From NCBI GenBank assembly GCA_043228905.1, contig JBHGNT010000020.1, forward strand, positions 5,394,001 to 5,458,000: 64,000 nucleotides of DNA, in the 5' to 3' direction. The DNA is from Azolla caroliniana (lineage: Eukaryota; Plantae; Polypodiophyta). Position numbers and translations under genes: made by a program. Of the stretch, positions 48,539 through 62,879 are shown one piece after another; position 1 is the first letter of the stretch; each line of letters opens with the position of its first letter. The notes beneath the pieces were generated by a model, which was not told where the DNA came from, made no database searches, and saw only the letters and a program-made list of their open reading frames with translations.

Positions 48539-49538
48539 TGTTGAGATACAAGCTCAACATTGGGTGCGTAAACGGGTGCGTAACCTAGTGCGTAGACTGG
48601 GTGTGTAAAACCGTACGCACAAAGGCCGTAACGGTGCGTAAGCCGAGAGGCCATTAGAGGGTTATTCCTCGTAAGGAATAATTTTGGGAGTTAGTGTAGG
48701 AGGCTCATTAATGAGCATTTAAGTATGTGTCAGTACTCTTACAGTACTTCTATCTGTCCATAAGGACTTGTATAAAAAGCCTCGATTGAGCGCATCTTGT
48801 ATAGAGTGACTGAGAGTTATTTTTGAATCTAAGTTTTGTGTGTTCTGCTCACTCTCTCTCTCATTCTCTGTCTCTCCTGCATACGTTGTGTCGTGTTCAA
48901 AGCTTTCCATTAAACCTTCTCTTTGTCATCTATGTTACATGGTTGTGTTTGTTGCGCTTCCACACACGCTATTCTTTTACATGGTATCAGAGCGTGAGGG
49001 TTGAAATCCTCTACGGCCAACAAACAAACAACATCACCGTGAAGAATTGAAGAGATATAAGAATGGATAGAGAGATGGGTACCTCGCTTCCTACAAAGAA
49101 GCTGAACAGAAGCAACTATGCATCTTGGTCATACAAGATGCACCAGTACCTGCTTGGCATGGCTATTGGAGTTATGTCGATGGAGCTAGCGACACAGCAC
49201 CCGAATCGACACATAGAGACTTCCCGACCTGGGAATAGGCGGCGAGTAGAGTCCTATATTGCCTTGCATCCTGTGTGAGTGACCAGCTCTTGAGCTACAT
49301 TCTAGATGCCAAGATGCCAAAGGATGCGTGGGCGAATCTCAAGAGGATTTTCGCCGCCAGCACAACGGCCAGGAAACTTCCTCTCACACAGGCGCTTAGC
49401 AATGTCTGATAGAAAGATCTGTTTGTGGCCGATTACACGGCCCGAATCAAGGAAATTTGCGATTCTCTCACCTCTGTCAACGTGAACATCAAGGAAGATG
49501 AAATGGCGTAGGTTTGCCTTGGAGGGCTAGCGTCCAAG
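48539..49538 (+). mobile_element. 5' LTR (48539-48981), PBS and gag start of a copia
   Basis: TGTTGAGA...TTTACA, then TGGTATCAGAGC, then gag MDREMGTSLPTKKL. LTR resembles 62753-63178. Confidence 0.88.
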
Positions 49539-49674
49539 TGTCAGGAACAATACTAAGATAGAGAAGCAATTAGTACTAAAAGAAGTATTAGTACTAAGAG
49601 AGGTGAAGAACTCTTGAGAGAAGGAAAGAGTGAGTGAGAGGGAGGGAGAGAGAGATCGAGAGAGAGAGAGAGAG

Positions 49675-49729
<55 letters not shown>

Positions 49730-52700
49730 GTGATGATAAGAAAAGATATATATTATGTGAAGAGAATGTACAGTAGTAGCTAGGAGGCTTAAGACTGGCG
49801 TTGAACCGATTTGGTTTGAAATAATGCCTTGTGCCTCCTTTTATAGTGTTTTGAGGAATACTCCTGAAGTTTCTAGAATGTTCCAGAGAAATCTGGAATA
49901 TACATCAATTTTCTATAATAAAACATAGATGAAAATAATATTCTACGTATTACAATGTATGGTTTAATGGTCAAGAGCTTGACCCATGTAGCATAAGGTC
50001 ATGGGTTCGAGTCTTGCCATATCATGACACTATCCCCCCTTTAAAACGACGAGTGTCACGAGTCGTTTTGGATTGAGGACCCGGTTTGTCTGGATATTGA
50101 TGATGGAAGTCTTCAAGAAGAGCATGAGCATTGGTCACATTCTCTATCGGTTCCAAAGTATGCTCGCTGGGACTATATCCTAGCCAATCGACTAGATAGT
50201 AGAGGTTGTTGCGAAGAATCTTGGAATCAAGGATGGCGGCAACCTCATACTCAGGTCCATCTTCAAGCTCGAACGGGGGTGGAGGCTATGTAATACGTCT
50301 TGGGATGGTGTTCTCTTGATAGGGTTCGAGGAGATAACTATGAAACACCGGATGTATCCGAAGTTGCGGAGGTAGATCGAGACGTAAAGCGACATCATTA
50401 ATCTTTTGTATAATACGGAAAGGACCTAATCGCCGATAATCCAACTTCTCGCATGGGCGAGTAGTCTTGATGTGTCGTCGTAGTAGCCATACCCGATCTC
50501 CAATGTTAAAACTGGATGGAAGTCGATGACGATCCGCATAAACCTTGTGTGTTTGTTGAGCTTGTTGGAGATGAGTAGATAAATCGGCTTGTATCTTGCG
50601 TAACTGCTCTAAACGATCCTCTGCGCAAGGATTTGTGGACAACGCTGGGGTTTCAAATACACACCACCGGGGGTGAGAACCCGTATAAGCATAAAATGGC
50701 GTAACTTTAGTCGATGCGTGGACAGAGTTATTGTAGGCAAATTCGGCGAAGTGGAGAATATCTACCTAGTCATCCTGATGATAGCTTAGAAAGCACCGAA
50801 GATACTGCTCGAGTGTTTGATTTGTTCGTTCTGCTTGGCCATCCGTTTGTGGGTGGTAGCCGGAGGAGAGGTTACACGTGACCTTGAGCATTTTAAAAAG
50901 GTGCTTCTAGAATTTCGATACGAACTGGGGTCCACGGTCGCTGATGATATTATCGGGAAGGCCATGATGTCGACATACTTCACGCATGACAATTTCAGCG
51001 GTTTCTTCACTGGATATTTCCTTAGTACATGGCAAGAAATGAGCCATCTTCGTATATCGATCTACAATTGTTAGAATCGCATTGAACCCCTTAGAGACTG
51101 GAAGATCTGTGATGAAGTCTAGAGCAATGGATTGCCACGACTTGCTTGGAATGGGTAATGGTTCTAATAAACCATATGGATGATGCCTTGGTATTTTCGC
51201 CCTGCAACATGTATCACAAGTCCGAACAAAATCTTCGACAAATTGTCGCATACGGGGCCACCAAAATGATCGTTGTACTAAATCTAATGTTTTAGTACTA
51301 CCAAAATGCCCAGATGTATATGTGTCATGATAGTTTTGGATTGCTTGAAGGCGGCAAGAACCATTAGGAACATACAAGAGTTCATTAAAGAATAGTAATC
51401 CATCATGGTATTTGAATTGCCGATTGCGACCATGAACAAGATGCTCGAGAGGGATCAATTTGTGCTAGAATGGCTTGGGCGAAAGCATCGGTCTTCACGT
51501 CCTCACGTATAGTATCGATAACGTGGGAATCCATTGGCATGCCAAAGACTTGTGTTACTTGCAGTCATGTCGGTCCCAAGATTACTTGCTTTTGGTTATC
51601 AAAAGCTGGCTCGCTGGAACGCGGTGCTAGGTACGAACGACGTGATAATGCATCTGCCTTCCCTTGGTGCTTCCATGGACGATATGTAATTTTGAAGTCG
51701 AAACGTGTGAGGAAGTGGGCTCACCGAGCTTGACGTCGATTTAACACACGAGCATCCTGAAAGTAGGCAAGGTTTTTGTGGTCACTGAATATAGTGACTT
51801 GATGAGAGGATCCGTCTAGAAAATGCCTCCATTGCGTAAAAAGGTCCAATATTGCCAATAGATCCTTATCATGAATTTCGTAGTTGATTTCGGCGGCGTC
51901 AAACTTGCGTGAGTGAAAAGCCACAGGATGTAGCTTCTCGCCATTACCTCGTTGTGACAGAATGCTCCCCAATGCGAAATCCGATGCGTCTGCTTCGATA
52001 ATGAATGGTTTTTCCGGATCAACATGAGCTAGAATTGGAGCCGATGTAAATGCCTTTTTAAGACTCTCGAAAGCCATGTCCTCTTCTTCAGACCAAACGA
52101 AAGATTGTCCCTTCTTGGTAAGATGTGTGAGAGGCAGAATGAGTTTTGAGTAATCCTATATGAACTTCCATTAAAAATTGGCAAAGCCTAAAAAGCATTG
52201 CACATCTCGCACCGAACGCGGAGTCTGCCACTCTACCATAGTTTTGACCTTAGCTTGGTCCATGGCGATGCCTTCTGAGGAAATGACATAGCCTAGAAAT
52301 TCCACTTGATTGCACCAAAAACTACATTTTTCCAGCTTTGCATAAAGACCATGTTCTCGAAGTCGTTTTAGTACTAATAGTACATGAGAATCATGCTCTT
52401 CTTAGGTCTTTGAATAAACCAGTAGATCATCCAAATAGATGATCAAACAAACATCAAAGAGATCTTAGAATATATCATTTGCCATGTGCTGGAAGACTGC
52501 TGGCGCATTAGTGAGACCGAACAACGAAGTGCCCATATTGACAGGAACTGCTCGCTCCCTATGCGCAACACTCAGCCACAACCGAGCTTAGAATCATACA
52601 CAGAAAAAACGAGAATTGAATGCACGACATAGTGAGAGAAGAGTACACAGGATGTTTACGTGGAAAACCCAAACTAGGGAAAAACCACGACAGCCCACAG

Positions 52701-55378
52701 GCTGCAAACTATCACTATGTTACAATGATTACAATAGTGAGCTCACGGAGGCAACGACCTCGTGCTCACGATCTTCGCCACAGGCGGCGGTTACAATAGA
52801 GGCAACGACCTCTTTCTCTCTTTCTCTCTCTCTCTGTACACTGTTACGCGCTCTCTCTTCTTGCACCAACAAGAATGACAACAACAACACCTTCCACTAA
52901 GTTGGCCCTAAGTCATATTTATACTAATATGAATTTTCGGCTATTTACAAATATAGCCCCGATGGCCTCTCAGGAAACATATTTACGAATATGTCCCTCC
53001 ATCCGGTGAGCATTTCTCATCGGGCCTTCAGCATCCGGCTCTAGCCGGGTACTCATCTGGCTTTCACTGGGTCTTCTGTAGCTAGGTATTCCTCGTCCGG
53101 TTCTCACCGGGTACTCCTCATCGACACTGTTCTTCTCACTCCCATCCGGAGGGACTTGTTTCCTAACAAACTCCCCCTTCACTCCGGCATGGGATGTCTT
53201 ACCAGTCCGATCCGCTTCCGGCATGCTTCCAACTTGTCGGGTATCAGCACTTTGGTTAGCATATCTGACCCGTTCTCGGCCGTGCGGATCTTCGTCAGCG
53301 CGAACTCCTGGTTCTCCACTCTTTCCCGAATCTAGTGATACCTACGCTGGATGTGCTTCATCCTTGAATGGTAGGCCGCATTCTTAGCAAGGTGGATGGC
53401 ACTTTGATTGTCGCAATAGAGCCGGTATTCATCTTGCCGGATACTGAGCTCTCTGATGAAGTCCTTCATCCATAATATTTCCTTGCTGGCTTCCACAGCC
53501 GCCATGTACTCCGCCTCCGTGGTTGACAACGCAACCGTCTTCTATAGCCTCGACTACCACGAAACAGCTCCCCCTGCATATGTCATTACATACCCGGATG
53601 TAGACCGGCTGGTATCCACATCAGCCGACATGTCCGAATCGGTAAAACCTTCAAATTGAGGTTTACCGGAGCCGAATCGGAGACACATATTCGAAGTGCC
53701 CTTCAAGTACCGGACTATCCATTTGACCGTGTTCTAGTGCTCCTTGTCGGGATTGCTCATAAACCGGCTCACCACTCCGACTGCGTATCCTATATCCGGT
53801 CGGGTACACACCATTGCGTACATTAAGCTCCCGACTGCAGAGGCATATGGAACCTTCATCATATCAGCCTTCTCTGCTTTCGTCTTCGGGCTTTGCTTAC
53901 CGGATAACCTGCAGTTTGCCGGAAGTGTCGATTTGACCGGTTTCGCATCTGACATGTTGAACCGCTGAAGCACCTTTGTCACGTACTTCTCCTGTGACAG
54001 CCACAACTGCTTCGTTGGCCGGTTCTGGATGATATGCATCCCCAACATCTGTTTTGCTGGACCCAAGTCTTTCATTGCGAAGGTTCGGTTGAGAGCCTTC
54101 TTTAGCATCCGTATTTTGGTTTAGTCCCGTGTATTAGCCCCTAGAAGGTATTCATGTGCTCCGCCATGCTGGAGCCATCTTGGTACCAGAGTCTTACTAG
54201 TTTCCGGAATACCGAAACCTGATTAACAACATTTTTGTTTTGAAACATAATGCCGATCTTCTCCCAGAGCTCATGAGCCTTGCTCTCTTCATTGAAGTTA
54301 TTGTATAGGCTCATGTTGATGAAGCACCGTATGTACGCCGTTGTCTTCATGTGCATCACCTCCCATATCGTGGCGTCGATTTTGTCCGGTCTCTTGTCCC
54401 CGAACTGGACCGGCAACCAAAGATCTTTAACCACGAGCATGCCCCTCATCTTCGACTTCCACACCGAATAGTTGGAGCCGGTGAGCTTGAACATGCCGCC
54501 CAACGATTTGTCCATTTTCTGTGTCGTTTTGCTCTGATACCACTTTGACAGGAACTACTTGCTCCCTATGCGCAACACTCAGCCACAACCGAGCTTAGAA
54601 TCATACACAGAAAAAACGGGAATTGAATGCACGACACAGTGAGAGAAGAGTACACAGGATGTTTACATGGAAAACCCAAACTAGGGAAAAACCACGGCAG
54701 CCCACAGGCTGCAAACTATCACTATGTTACAATGATTACAACAGTGAGCTCACGGAGGCAACGACCTCGTGCTCACGATCTTCGCCACAGGCGGCGGTTA
54801 CAATAGAGGCAACGACCTCTTTCTCTCTCTCTCTCTCTGTACACTGTTACACACTCTCTCTTCTTGCACCAACAAGAATGACAACAACAACACCTTCCAC
54901 TAAGTTGGCCCTAAGTCATATTTATACTAATATGAATTTTCAGCTATTTACAAATATAGCCCCGATGGCCTCTCAGGAAACATATTTACGAATATGTCCC
55001 TTCATCCAGTGAGCATTTCTCACCGGGCCTTCAACATCTGGCTCTAGCCGGGTACTCCTCATCCGGCTCTCACCGGGTCTTCCGTAGCTGGGTACTCCTC
55101 GTCCGGTTCTCACCGAGTACTCCTCATCGACACTGTTCTTCTCACTTCCCATCTGGAGGGACTTGTTTCCTAACACATATCTGGTGCGAAACACGGTCTT
55201 CCATTCATCTCCTGGTTGGATCCATACGAGGTTATAGGCTAGCCGTAAGTCGATCTTCGTGAAGAACTTGGCACCATTGATCCGTTCTAAAAGACTTGAG
55301 ATAAGGGGAAGTGCATACCTATTTCTGATTGTCACCTTATTCAAGCCACAGTAATCTACAACAAGACGAAGTGATCCA
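49539..55378 (-). mobile_element. Chromovirus (Tcn1-like Ty3/gypsy), 3' part: RT, RNase H, integrase, chromodomain, PPT and 3' LTR (49539-50029); interrupted by 52539-55175
   Basis: [39 protein letters not shown] and IISDRGPQF. Chromodomain EYEVAAILDS..YYLVDWLGY. PPT AAAGGGGGGATAG. Confidence 0.92.
52539..55175 (-). mobile_element. Internally deleted (2.6-kb) Tork-like copia with both LTRs
   Basis: 630-bp LTRs at 52539-53168 and 54546-55175. Perfect TSD CATAT. PBS and PPT intact. gag N-terminus fused at about 54130 to RT-end/RNase H. Confidence 0.94.
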
Positions 55379-58300
55379 GATCCTTAAGTAGCTGCTTCAA
55401 CCATCGTGGTTCGCATGTCGCGGCAACCGCTCCTCTATACTCGGCTTCAGTGCTCGATAGCGCAACTGTCGGCTGCTTCTTGCTACTCCACGCGATCACG
55501 GCACTCCCAAGAGAGAACACGAAACCGGACGTGGATCGGCGATCGTCGGCGTTTTCGATCCAATCAACATAGGTGTAACCGACCAACTGCGTGGCAGTAT
55601 CGGTCCGATGTAGTAGCCCCCGGTCCTTAGTGCCACTGAGGTACCATAGTACGTGTTGTGCGCACAGAAGGTGCTCCTCGGTCAATCGCGCCATGAATTG
55701 ACTAATCACCCCGATCGGGTAGCTGAGATCTAGTCGGGTGATGGTCAAGTGTATAAGGCATCCGACTATCTGTCAGAACCTCGTCGGGTCGCATACCTTC
55801 CCGAAATCGGGGTGAAGCTTGACAATTCTATCCAGAGGAGTCGAGATGGACTTACATTCGGCCATCCCGAATTTGAAGAGCATATTCAACGCATAATGAC
55901 ATTGGCTGATCAATATGCCTTCGGGGGTATGGATCACTTCGATCCCGAGGAAGTAATGAAGGTCCCCCAGATCCTTCATGTCGAATGATGTCGCAAGCTA
56001 GAGCTTCACGTGATCAATCTCAACTAGGTCGGCGCCGGTGATGACCAAGTCATCAACATAAAGTAAAATGTTAACCGGCCCAAGTCAACCTTTCCGGATG
56101 AACAATGAGGAGTCTGATTTTGACGTCGCAAAGCCCATCCGATGCAATCGTTGCATGATCTTCGCATTCCAGGTACGCGGGGCTTGCTTTAGTCCGTAAA
56201 GGGACTTCTTCAATTGGCATGTACCATGTACACCTGCTCCGCAAGATCACCTTGTAGGAACGCATTCTTTACATCCATCTAATGTAAGTGCCACCCGTTT
56301 GCTGCAGCTACTGCAAGCAAAACATGAACGGTCGTCATCGATGCTGTGTTTCTGCACGTAGCCTTTCGCTACTAACCGGTCCTTGTATCGGTTGACCGAG
56401 CCATCAGTGTTGTACTTGACCCTGTACACCCACCCACCTACATCCAATCGGCTTTGCACCTTTCGGTGCATCAACCAGGTCCCAGGTTTCATTCTCCGCC
56501 AATGCGTGCATCTCTTCCTCCATTGCGGCACGCCAATTCGCTTCCTTCGTTGCTTCTGCGTAGCTCTCCGGCTCATGCACTTCCGCTACACGGGTCATGT
56601 ACGCATAGTGATGCGCCATGTACTCGTTGTATCCGAACCGCAGAACAGGGTTCTTCTGGCAAGTAGATCGGCGTAATTGCTCATTAGCCGATGTTGAGGC
56701 TTTCTTAGCCGATGCGGACTTCGCTCTCGAAGGCCCATCATCACTTCCCTCGGAGTCAAACTCACTTTGATCCAACTCGTTTCTATCTGTGCCGTAATCT
56801 GATACCTTGTTCTTCCCTTTTTCCTTACGCGTAAGCCGTCTCCTCGGCTCCCTACGCGGAGAATGCACGACCGATTCTCCACTACTCGCCGGCTCTTCAT
56901 CGGACTGGTTGAACCGACTCAGTTGTCCATTTGGTCCGTTTAACCGAAACAAAATCGGACTCTCTTCACGGGTCCCGATTTCAGGTTTATCTGGAGGCAT
57001 CTCGGCCTTGCTGACCTCATTGTCAGAACTCGGATTAGAGGTGAGGTCCGGAATCGGAGGCAAGTACCAAGATGCAGACTTTTCAAACACAACGTCGTGG
57101 CTCACGCGTGCTTGTTTGGTGCGAGGGTTATAATACTTAACCCTTCTGCTCGTCCGAATAGCCGACCAATATACACTTCTCAGTTTTCGCGTCCAACTTC
57201 CTCTGTTTCTCCTTCAGCACATGCACATACGCAATGCTACCAAAAACTCTCAAGTGTCACAGATTCGGCTTCCTTCCGAAATACAACTCATGTGCTGACA
57301 CTTTTTCTCTTATCTGATTCTGAATGTACACCGCGGTTCGTACGGCCTCGGCCCAATAGAACTTGGGCAACCTCTTCTCCTCTAGCATTGCCGCTTCCAC
57401 AACCGACCGATTTTTCCTTTTGGCCACGCCGTTTTGCTCCGGCATATATCTGCAATTGAATTCGCATCAAATTCCCATCTGTTGTAGATACCCATTGAAT
57501 TGACCGGAAAAGTGATCGTTTCCACCATCCGACCGCAAGCACTTGATCTTTCTTCCTGTTTCCCTTTCGACGAAACTCTTGAGATCCCGGAAATAGTCGA
57601 AGACTTCACTCTTCTTCTCAATGAGGTAGATCCACGTGTGCTGCGTATAGTCGTCAATGAAGGAGACGAAATATCGACTCCCGCCAAGACTAATGTTCTG
57701 TGTTGCCCCCCATACACCGGAATGTATTAAGTCGAGCTTGTTCCGGCTCCGTTTACACTCGTTAGGGAAGGGAAGTCGTTGTTGCTTCCCTAGCTAGCAG
57801 GCTTCACAAATTTGTGCCTTCCGGCCACTAAATTTGGGCAATCCGAACACCACCAGTTTCGATTTCAGGTCCTGAAGCCGTTGATAGTTGACGTGGCCTA
57901 TCCGCTTGTGCCATAAGTCGATATCTGACTCGACTTTTTGTCCTTTCACGAACATTGCGGTGCCACCGTCACTAGAGTCGAGGATAAACATCCTCCCGTC
58001 TCTACGTCCTTGCGCAATAACTCAGCCTTCTTCCTCGATGAAGCACCCGAGATGCGTGAACCGGACTTGCATCCCCTGGTCGACGATCTACCCGACCGAC
58101 ACCAGATTCTTTGTGATTGTCGGGATGTGTAACACGTGTTGGGAGATAGGTCCCTCCGGATGGGAAGGGAGAAGAACAATGCTGATGAGCAAACTCCATG
58201 CCGAAGTGAAGGGGGAGTTTGTTGGGAGACAGGTCCCTCCGGATGGGAAACCGGATAACGAGTACCCAGCTATGGAGAGCCGGATGGTGCAGACCCGGTG

Positions 58301-61300
58301 AGAACCGGATGAGGAGAACCCGCCTACGGAGAGCCGGATGGTGCAGACCCGGTGAGGAGCGCTCTCCGGATGAAGAGACATATTCGTAAATATGTTTTTG
58401 AGAGTCCATCGTGGCTATATTTGTAAATAGCCGAAAAGTCATATTAGTATAAATATAACTTAGGGAAAACTTCTGAGTAGTGTTGTCATTCTTGTTGGCA
58501 CAAGACTAAAGAGCGCGTAACAGTGTACAGAGAGAGAGAGAGAGAGAGGAAGAGGTCGTTGCCTCTGTTGTAACCGCCGCTTGTGGCGAAGATCGTGAGC
58601 ACGAGGTTGCTGCCTCCGTGAATTCACTGTTGTGATCATTGTGATATAGTGATAGTTTGAAGTCGGTGGACTTCCGTGGTTTTTTTTCCCTCTCAGGGTT
58701 TTCCACGTTAAACATCTTGTGCACTCTTCTCTCACCTTTGTGTCGTGCATTCATTACCTGTTTTTCTGTGTTTGTTTTTAGGCTCGGTTGTGGCCGAGCG
58801 TCATTCATCGGAGCGTGTAGTTCCCGTTAAAGTGGTATCAGAGCAAAACGACACAGAAAATGGACGATTCGTTGGGAGGTATGTTCAAGCTCACTGGCTC
58901 CCACTATTCAGTGTGGAAGTCGAAGATGAGGGACATGCTAGTGGTTAAAGATCTTTGGTTGCCAGTTCAGTTCGAGGACAAGAGACCAGACAAAATCGAC
59001 GCCACGATATGGGAGGTGATGCACATGAAGACAACGGCGTACATACGGTGCTTCATCGACATGAGCCTATACAACAACTTCAATGAAGAGAGCAAGGCTC
59101 ATGAGCTCTGGGAGAAGATCGACATTATGTTTCAGAACAAAAATGTTGTTAACCAAGTTTCGGTATTCCGGAAACTAGTAAGACTCCAGTACCAAGATGG
59201 CTCCAGCATGGCGGAGCACATGAATGCCTTCCAAGGGCTGATACACCAGGCAACATCATTGGAAGTACCTCTCGCTGACGAGGTACTAGCGCTACTCCTG
59301 CTTGGTTCCCTCCCGGATAGCTGGGAGACGTTGGTTGTCACTTTGGGCAACGCCGGGCCGGAAGGGAAACGGTTATCCCTAGCAAGAGTAAAGTCGAGCT
59401 TGCTAGATGAGGAGGCGCGTCGGAAAGATAAAGATACGAGCTTCGACTCCAAAGCGCTCCTTACCGAATCAGAACGCGGAAGACAAAGAAACCGTAGTCC
59501 CCAGAACCGGGAAAAGTCGGGGACACGGTCAAATTCAAGGGGGAGACCTACTTGCTTCTATTGCGGAAAGCCGGGACACTTCCAGAAGAACTGTCGGCAT
59601 TTCCGGAAAGACAAGGAAACCAACAGTACCGATTCGAAGCGGACACCAGACCGGAACGGTAAAGACTGGAGGGGAACGGACCGAAAGGAAACGACTGCAA
59701 TCGCGACGAGTGAAGAAGATTTGATGCTCATCACCAAGGAGAGTGAGATAAACCTTGCCGGCAACGAGATGACCTAGGTGGTCGACTCCGGAGCGTCGTT
59801 CCACCTTACCCCGGACCATAAATGCTTCTCATCCTACACAGCCGGTGATCACGGTTGTGTCCAGATGGGGAATGAAGGTACATGCCGAATTGTCGGCATA
59901 GGAGACATGTGGTTGACAACACCAACCAGATGCAAGCTGCTACTGAAGGATGTCTGACAAGTTCCGGAGGTTCGTTTGAACCTGATATCAGCCGGTCGGC
60001 TAGATGATGAAAGCTACATGGGTAGCATCCAGAACGGTGTTATGAAGTTCAGCAAAGGGAGCCTGATTGTGGCTCGGGCCCGGAAGGTCAACACTCTGTA
60101 CCTGATGAATGCCCGGTTATGTCCGGAGGAATTGAACATGGCACCCGACACTACCGGTGAGTTGTGGCATCCGACACTGCCGGTGAGTTGGTGCATACTG
60201 ATGTGTGTCAAGTGGAACGAAGTCACATGCAGGATCGCAATACTTCGTGACGTTCATAGATGACCACAGCCGGAAGTTGTGGGCCACACCATTGAAGACG
60301 AAGGATCAGGTGCCATCCGTCGTCAAAGAGCTCCATGCGAGAGTGGAAAGAGAAACCAGCCGGAAACTGAAGGCGGTTCGAGCAGATAACGGAGGTGAAT
60401 ATCGGAGGCAGTTCGAGGAGTATTGTCGCTCGAAGGGAATCCGGCTCGAATTTATCATGCCGAAGACGCCGGAACTAAACGGGTTGGCCGAGAGGATGAA
60501 CCGGACCATAATGGAGAGGGTCCAGAGTATGTTGGCGCATGCAAAACTACCCAAGAAGTTTTGGGCTGAGGCACTGTCGACGGCAACATATGTGATAAAC
60601 AGATCACTCTCAGTACCCCGGACGGAGACACGCCACAGAGAGTCTGGACAGGTAACGAAGTGTCCTACCGGCATTTGAAGGTATTCGGGTGTCTCGTGTA
60701 TGTGCATGTAGCTAAGGGCCGGAGAGGTAAGTTAGATCCAAAGACCCGGCCATGCATATTCCTCGGTTACGGCGACGATGAGTTCGGCTACCGAGTGTAG
60801 GACCTGGTGGACAAGAAGGTATTCCGGAGTCGAGATATTATCTTCATGGAGGACAAGACGCTCGTCGACTGGGAGTCGGAGAAGAAGATAATGAACTCCG
60901 AGTCGACCGGTAAGGATCGATTCTATGATGAACAGACCCAACTCGCAACAGACCGGTTAGCACTCGAGGAACCAACCGGTTATGGTGAGGATACTGAACC
61001 GACAGTAGAAGAAGTAGAGGAAGCTGAAACCGGAACCAGCCAAGACCCCGAATCGAATTCGAATGAAGAGCAGATGGAGGAGCCGGTCACCAAAGCCCAA
61101 AGACGGAGATATCCTCTTAGAGAGAGAAGGGCCCCCCGGAGATTTCCGGAGGCAGAGCATGTGCTACTAACCGATGAGGGGAAGCCAGAAAGCTTCGAAG
61201 AAGCGAAGGATGACACCCACAGCCGCAAATGGTTAAGTGCCATGCAGGATGAGATGGATTCCTTGCATGAGAACCATACGTACGAATTGGTGGAGTTGCC

Positions 61301-62839
61301 GAAAGGAAAGCGGGCACTCCGAAACAAGTGGGTGTACAAGTTGAAACCGGGAGATGCATCCTTAAACATCCTGTGCACTCTTCTCTCACCTTTGTGTCGT
61401 GTGTTCATTACCTGTTTTTCTGTGTTTGTTTTTAGGCTCAGTTGTGGCCGAGCGTCATTCATTGGAGCATGTAGTTCCCGTCAAAACGTTCATGAGTTTC
61501 CCTTTCTGTCTGACATGGCTTAGGGGAACTTCACCGACATTCGCGATCGGATGCAGAGTGTCGTCTCCGGTTGCAACTACTCCCGGTTGCATTGGTTTTT
61601 CCAAGTACGAGAACCACTCCTTGTGGCACGTCATGTGGTTTGACGCGCCGGAGTCGACGTACCACACCTCGTCCGACTTCGGGGTGATCTTCTTCATCGA
61701 GTTTGCTTTGTCTCTCATCACGAAGACTGACCCTTTTTCGGTTTTTCCGGATCCTTCGGCATAGTGCGATCGCTGCCGATTTCCTTTGTCGGTCTGTCTG
61801 AAGCATGATCCGGGCCTGGTTCTCTCCGAATCGGTGCGCTTTTTCCAACGCTCGCTCTCTCTGTGGCCTTTCTTGCCACAATACTAGCATTCCGTGGAAG
61901 ATTTCCCTTGCCAGTTCTCATCGTCTTAACTCCCCATATTTCCGAAGAATTGCTGTCGGCATCACTTCGGTGCCTTCTTCCTTGATCCCATCGGCCGCCT
62001 CCATTGCACACCGACCCACCTCATCTGCCATGACCACGGGGCCTATCTCCCTCCGTGTACAACATCTTGTTGTCGGCATGCGTGCTCGTCGACGCGCTCG
62101 GGTGGTTCTTCTCTATAAGGAGCATCGACTATAAGTCGAAAAACGACGGCGTATTCTCCCGTGTACACACCGCAGTTTGGAAGGCTCCGAACTTCGACGC
62201 TAGTCCCCCGAGACAGATCTGCACCATCTCTCCTTCCTCGACGTTCACATCGATAGAGGCTAAGGAGTCGCATATCTCTTTGATCTTCGAGGTGTAATCA
62301 GCCATCGACAAGTCGCGTTGTCATAAGTTGCTCAGGTCCTGTCGGAGTTGAAGCTTCCTGGATGTGGTGCTTGCGGCGAAAATCTTCTTTAGATTTCCCC
62401 AAGTATCCTTTGGCATTTTCACATTCCGAATATAGCTCAGAAGTTGTTCGCCCACACAAGACGCAAAGCAGTACAGTACTCTGCTCGCCGACTGTTCCCA
62501 CGCCGGGAAATCTTTGTGTGTCAATTCGGGTGTTGTGTCATTTGCTCCGTCGACATAGCTCCAATAACCGTGCCCGAGCAGGTACAGGTGCATCTTGTAC
62601 GACCAAGACGCGTAGTTGTTTCTGTCGAGCTTCTCGGTAGGAAGCGAGCTAGCCATGCCTCTATCCATTTTGTTTTTCCTGTTCTTCTTGGTTAGTTTTC
62701 TTTTCAAGCTATGTCGGCTACAGAGGTTCTCAACCCTCTCGCTCTGATACCATGTGAAGAATACATGTGCGGAAGCAATAGAAAAATGAACACAGAAAAT
62801 ATGTAGGTTTAATGGAGAGCTTGAATATACCCAATATGC

Positions 62840-62879
<40 letters not shown>

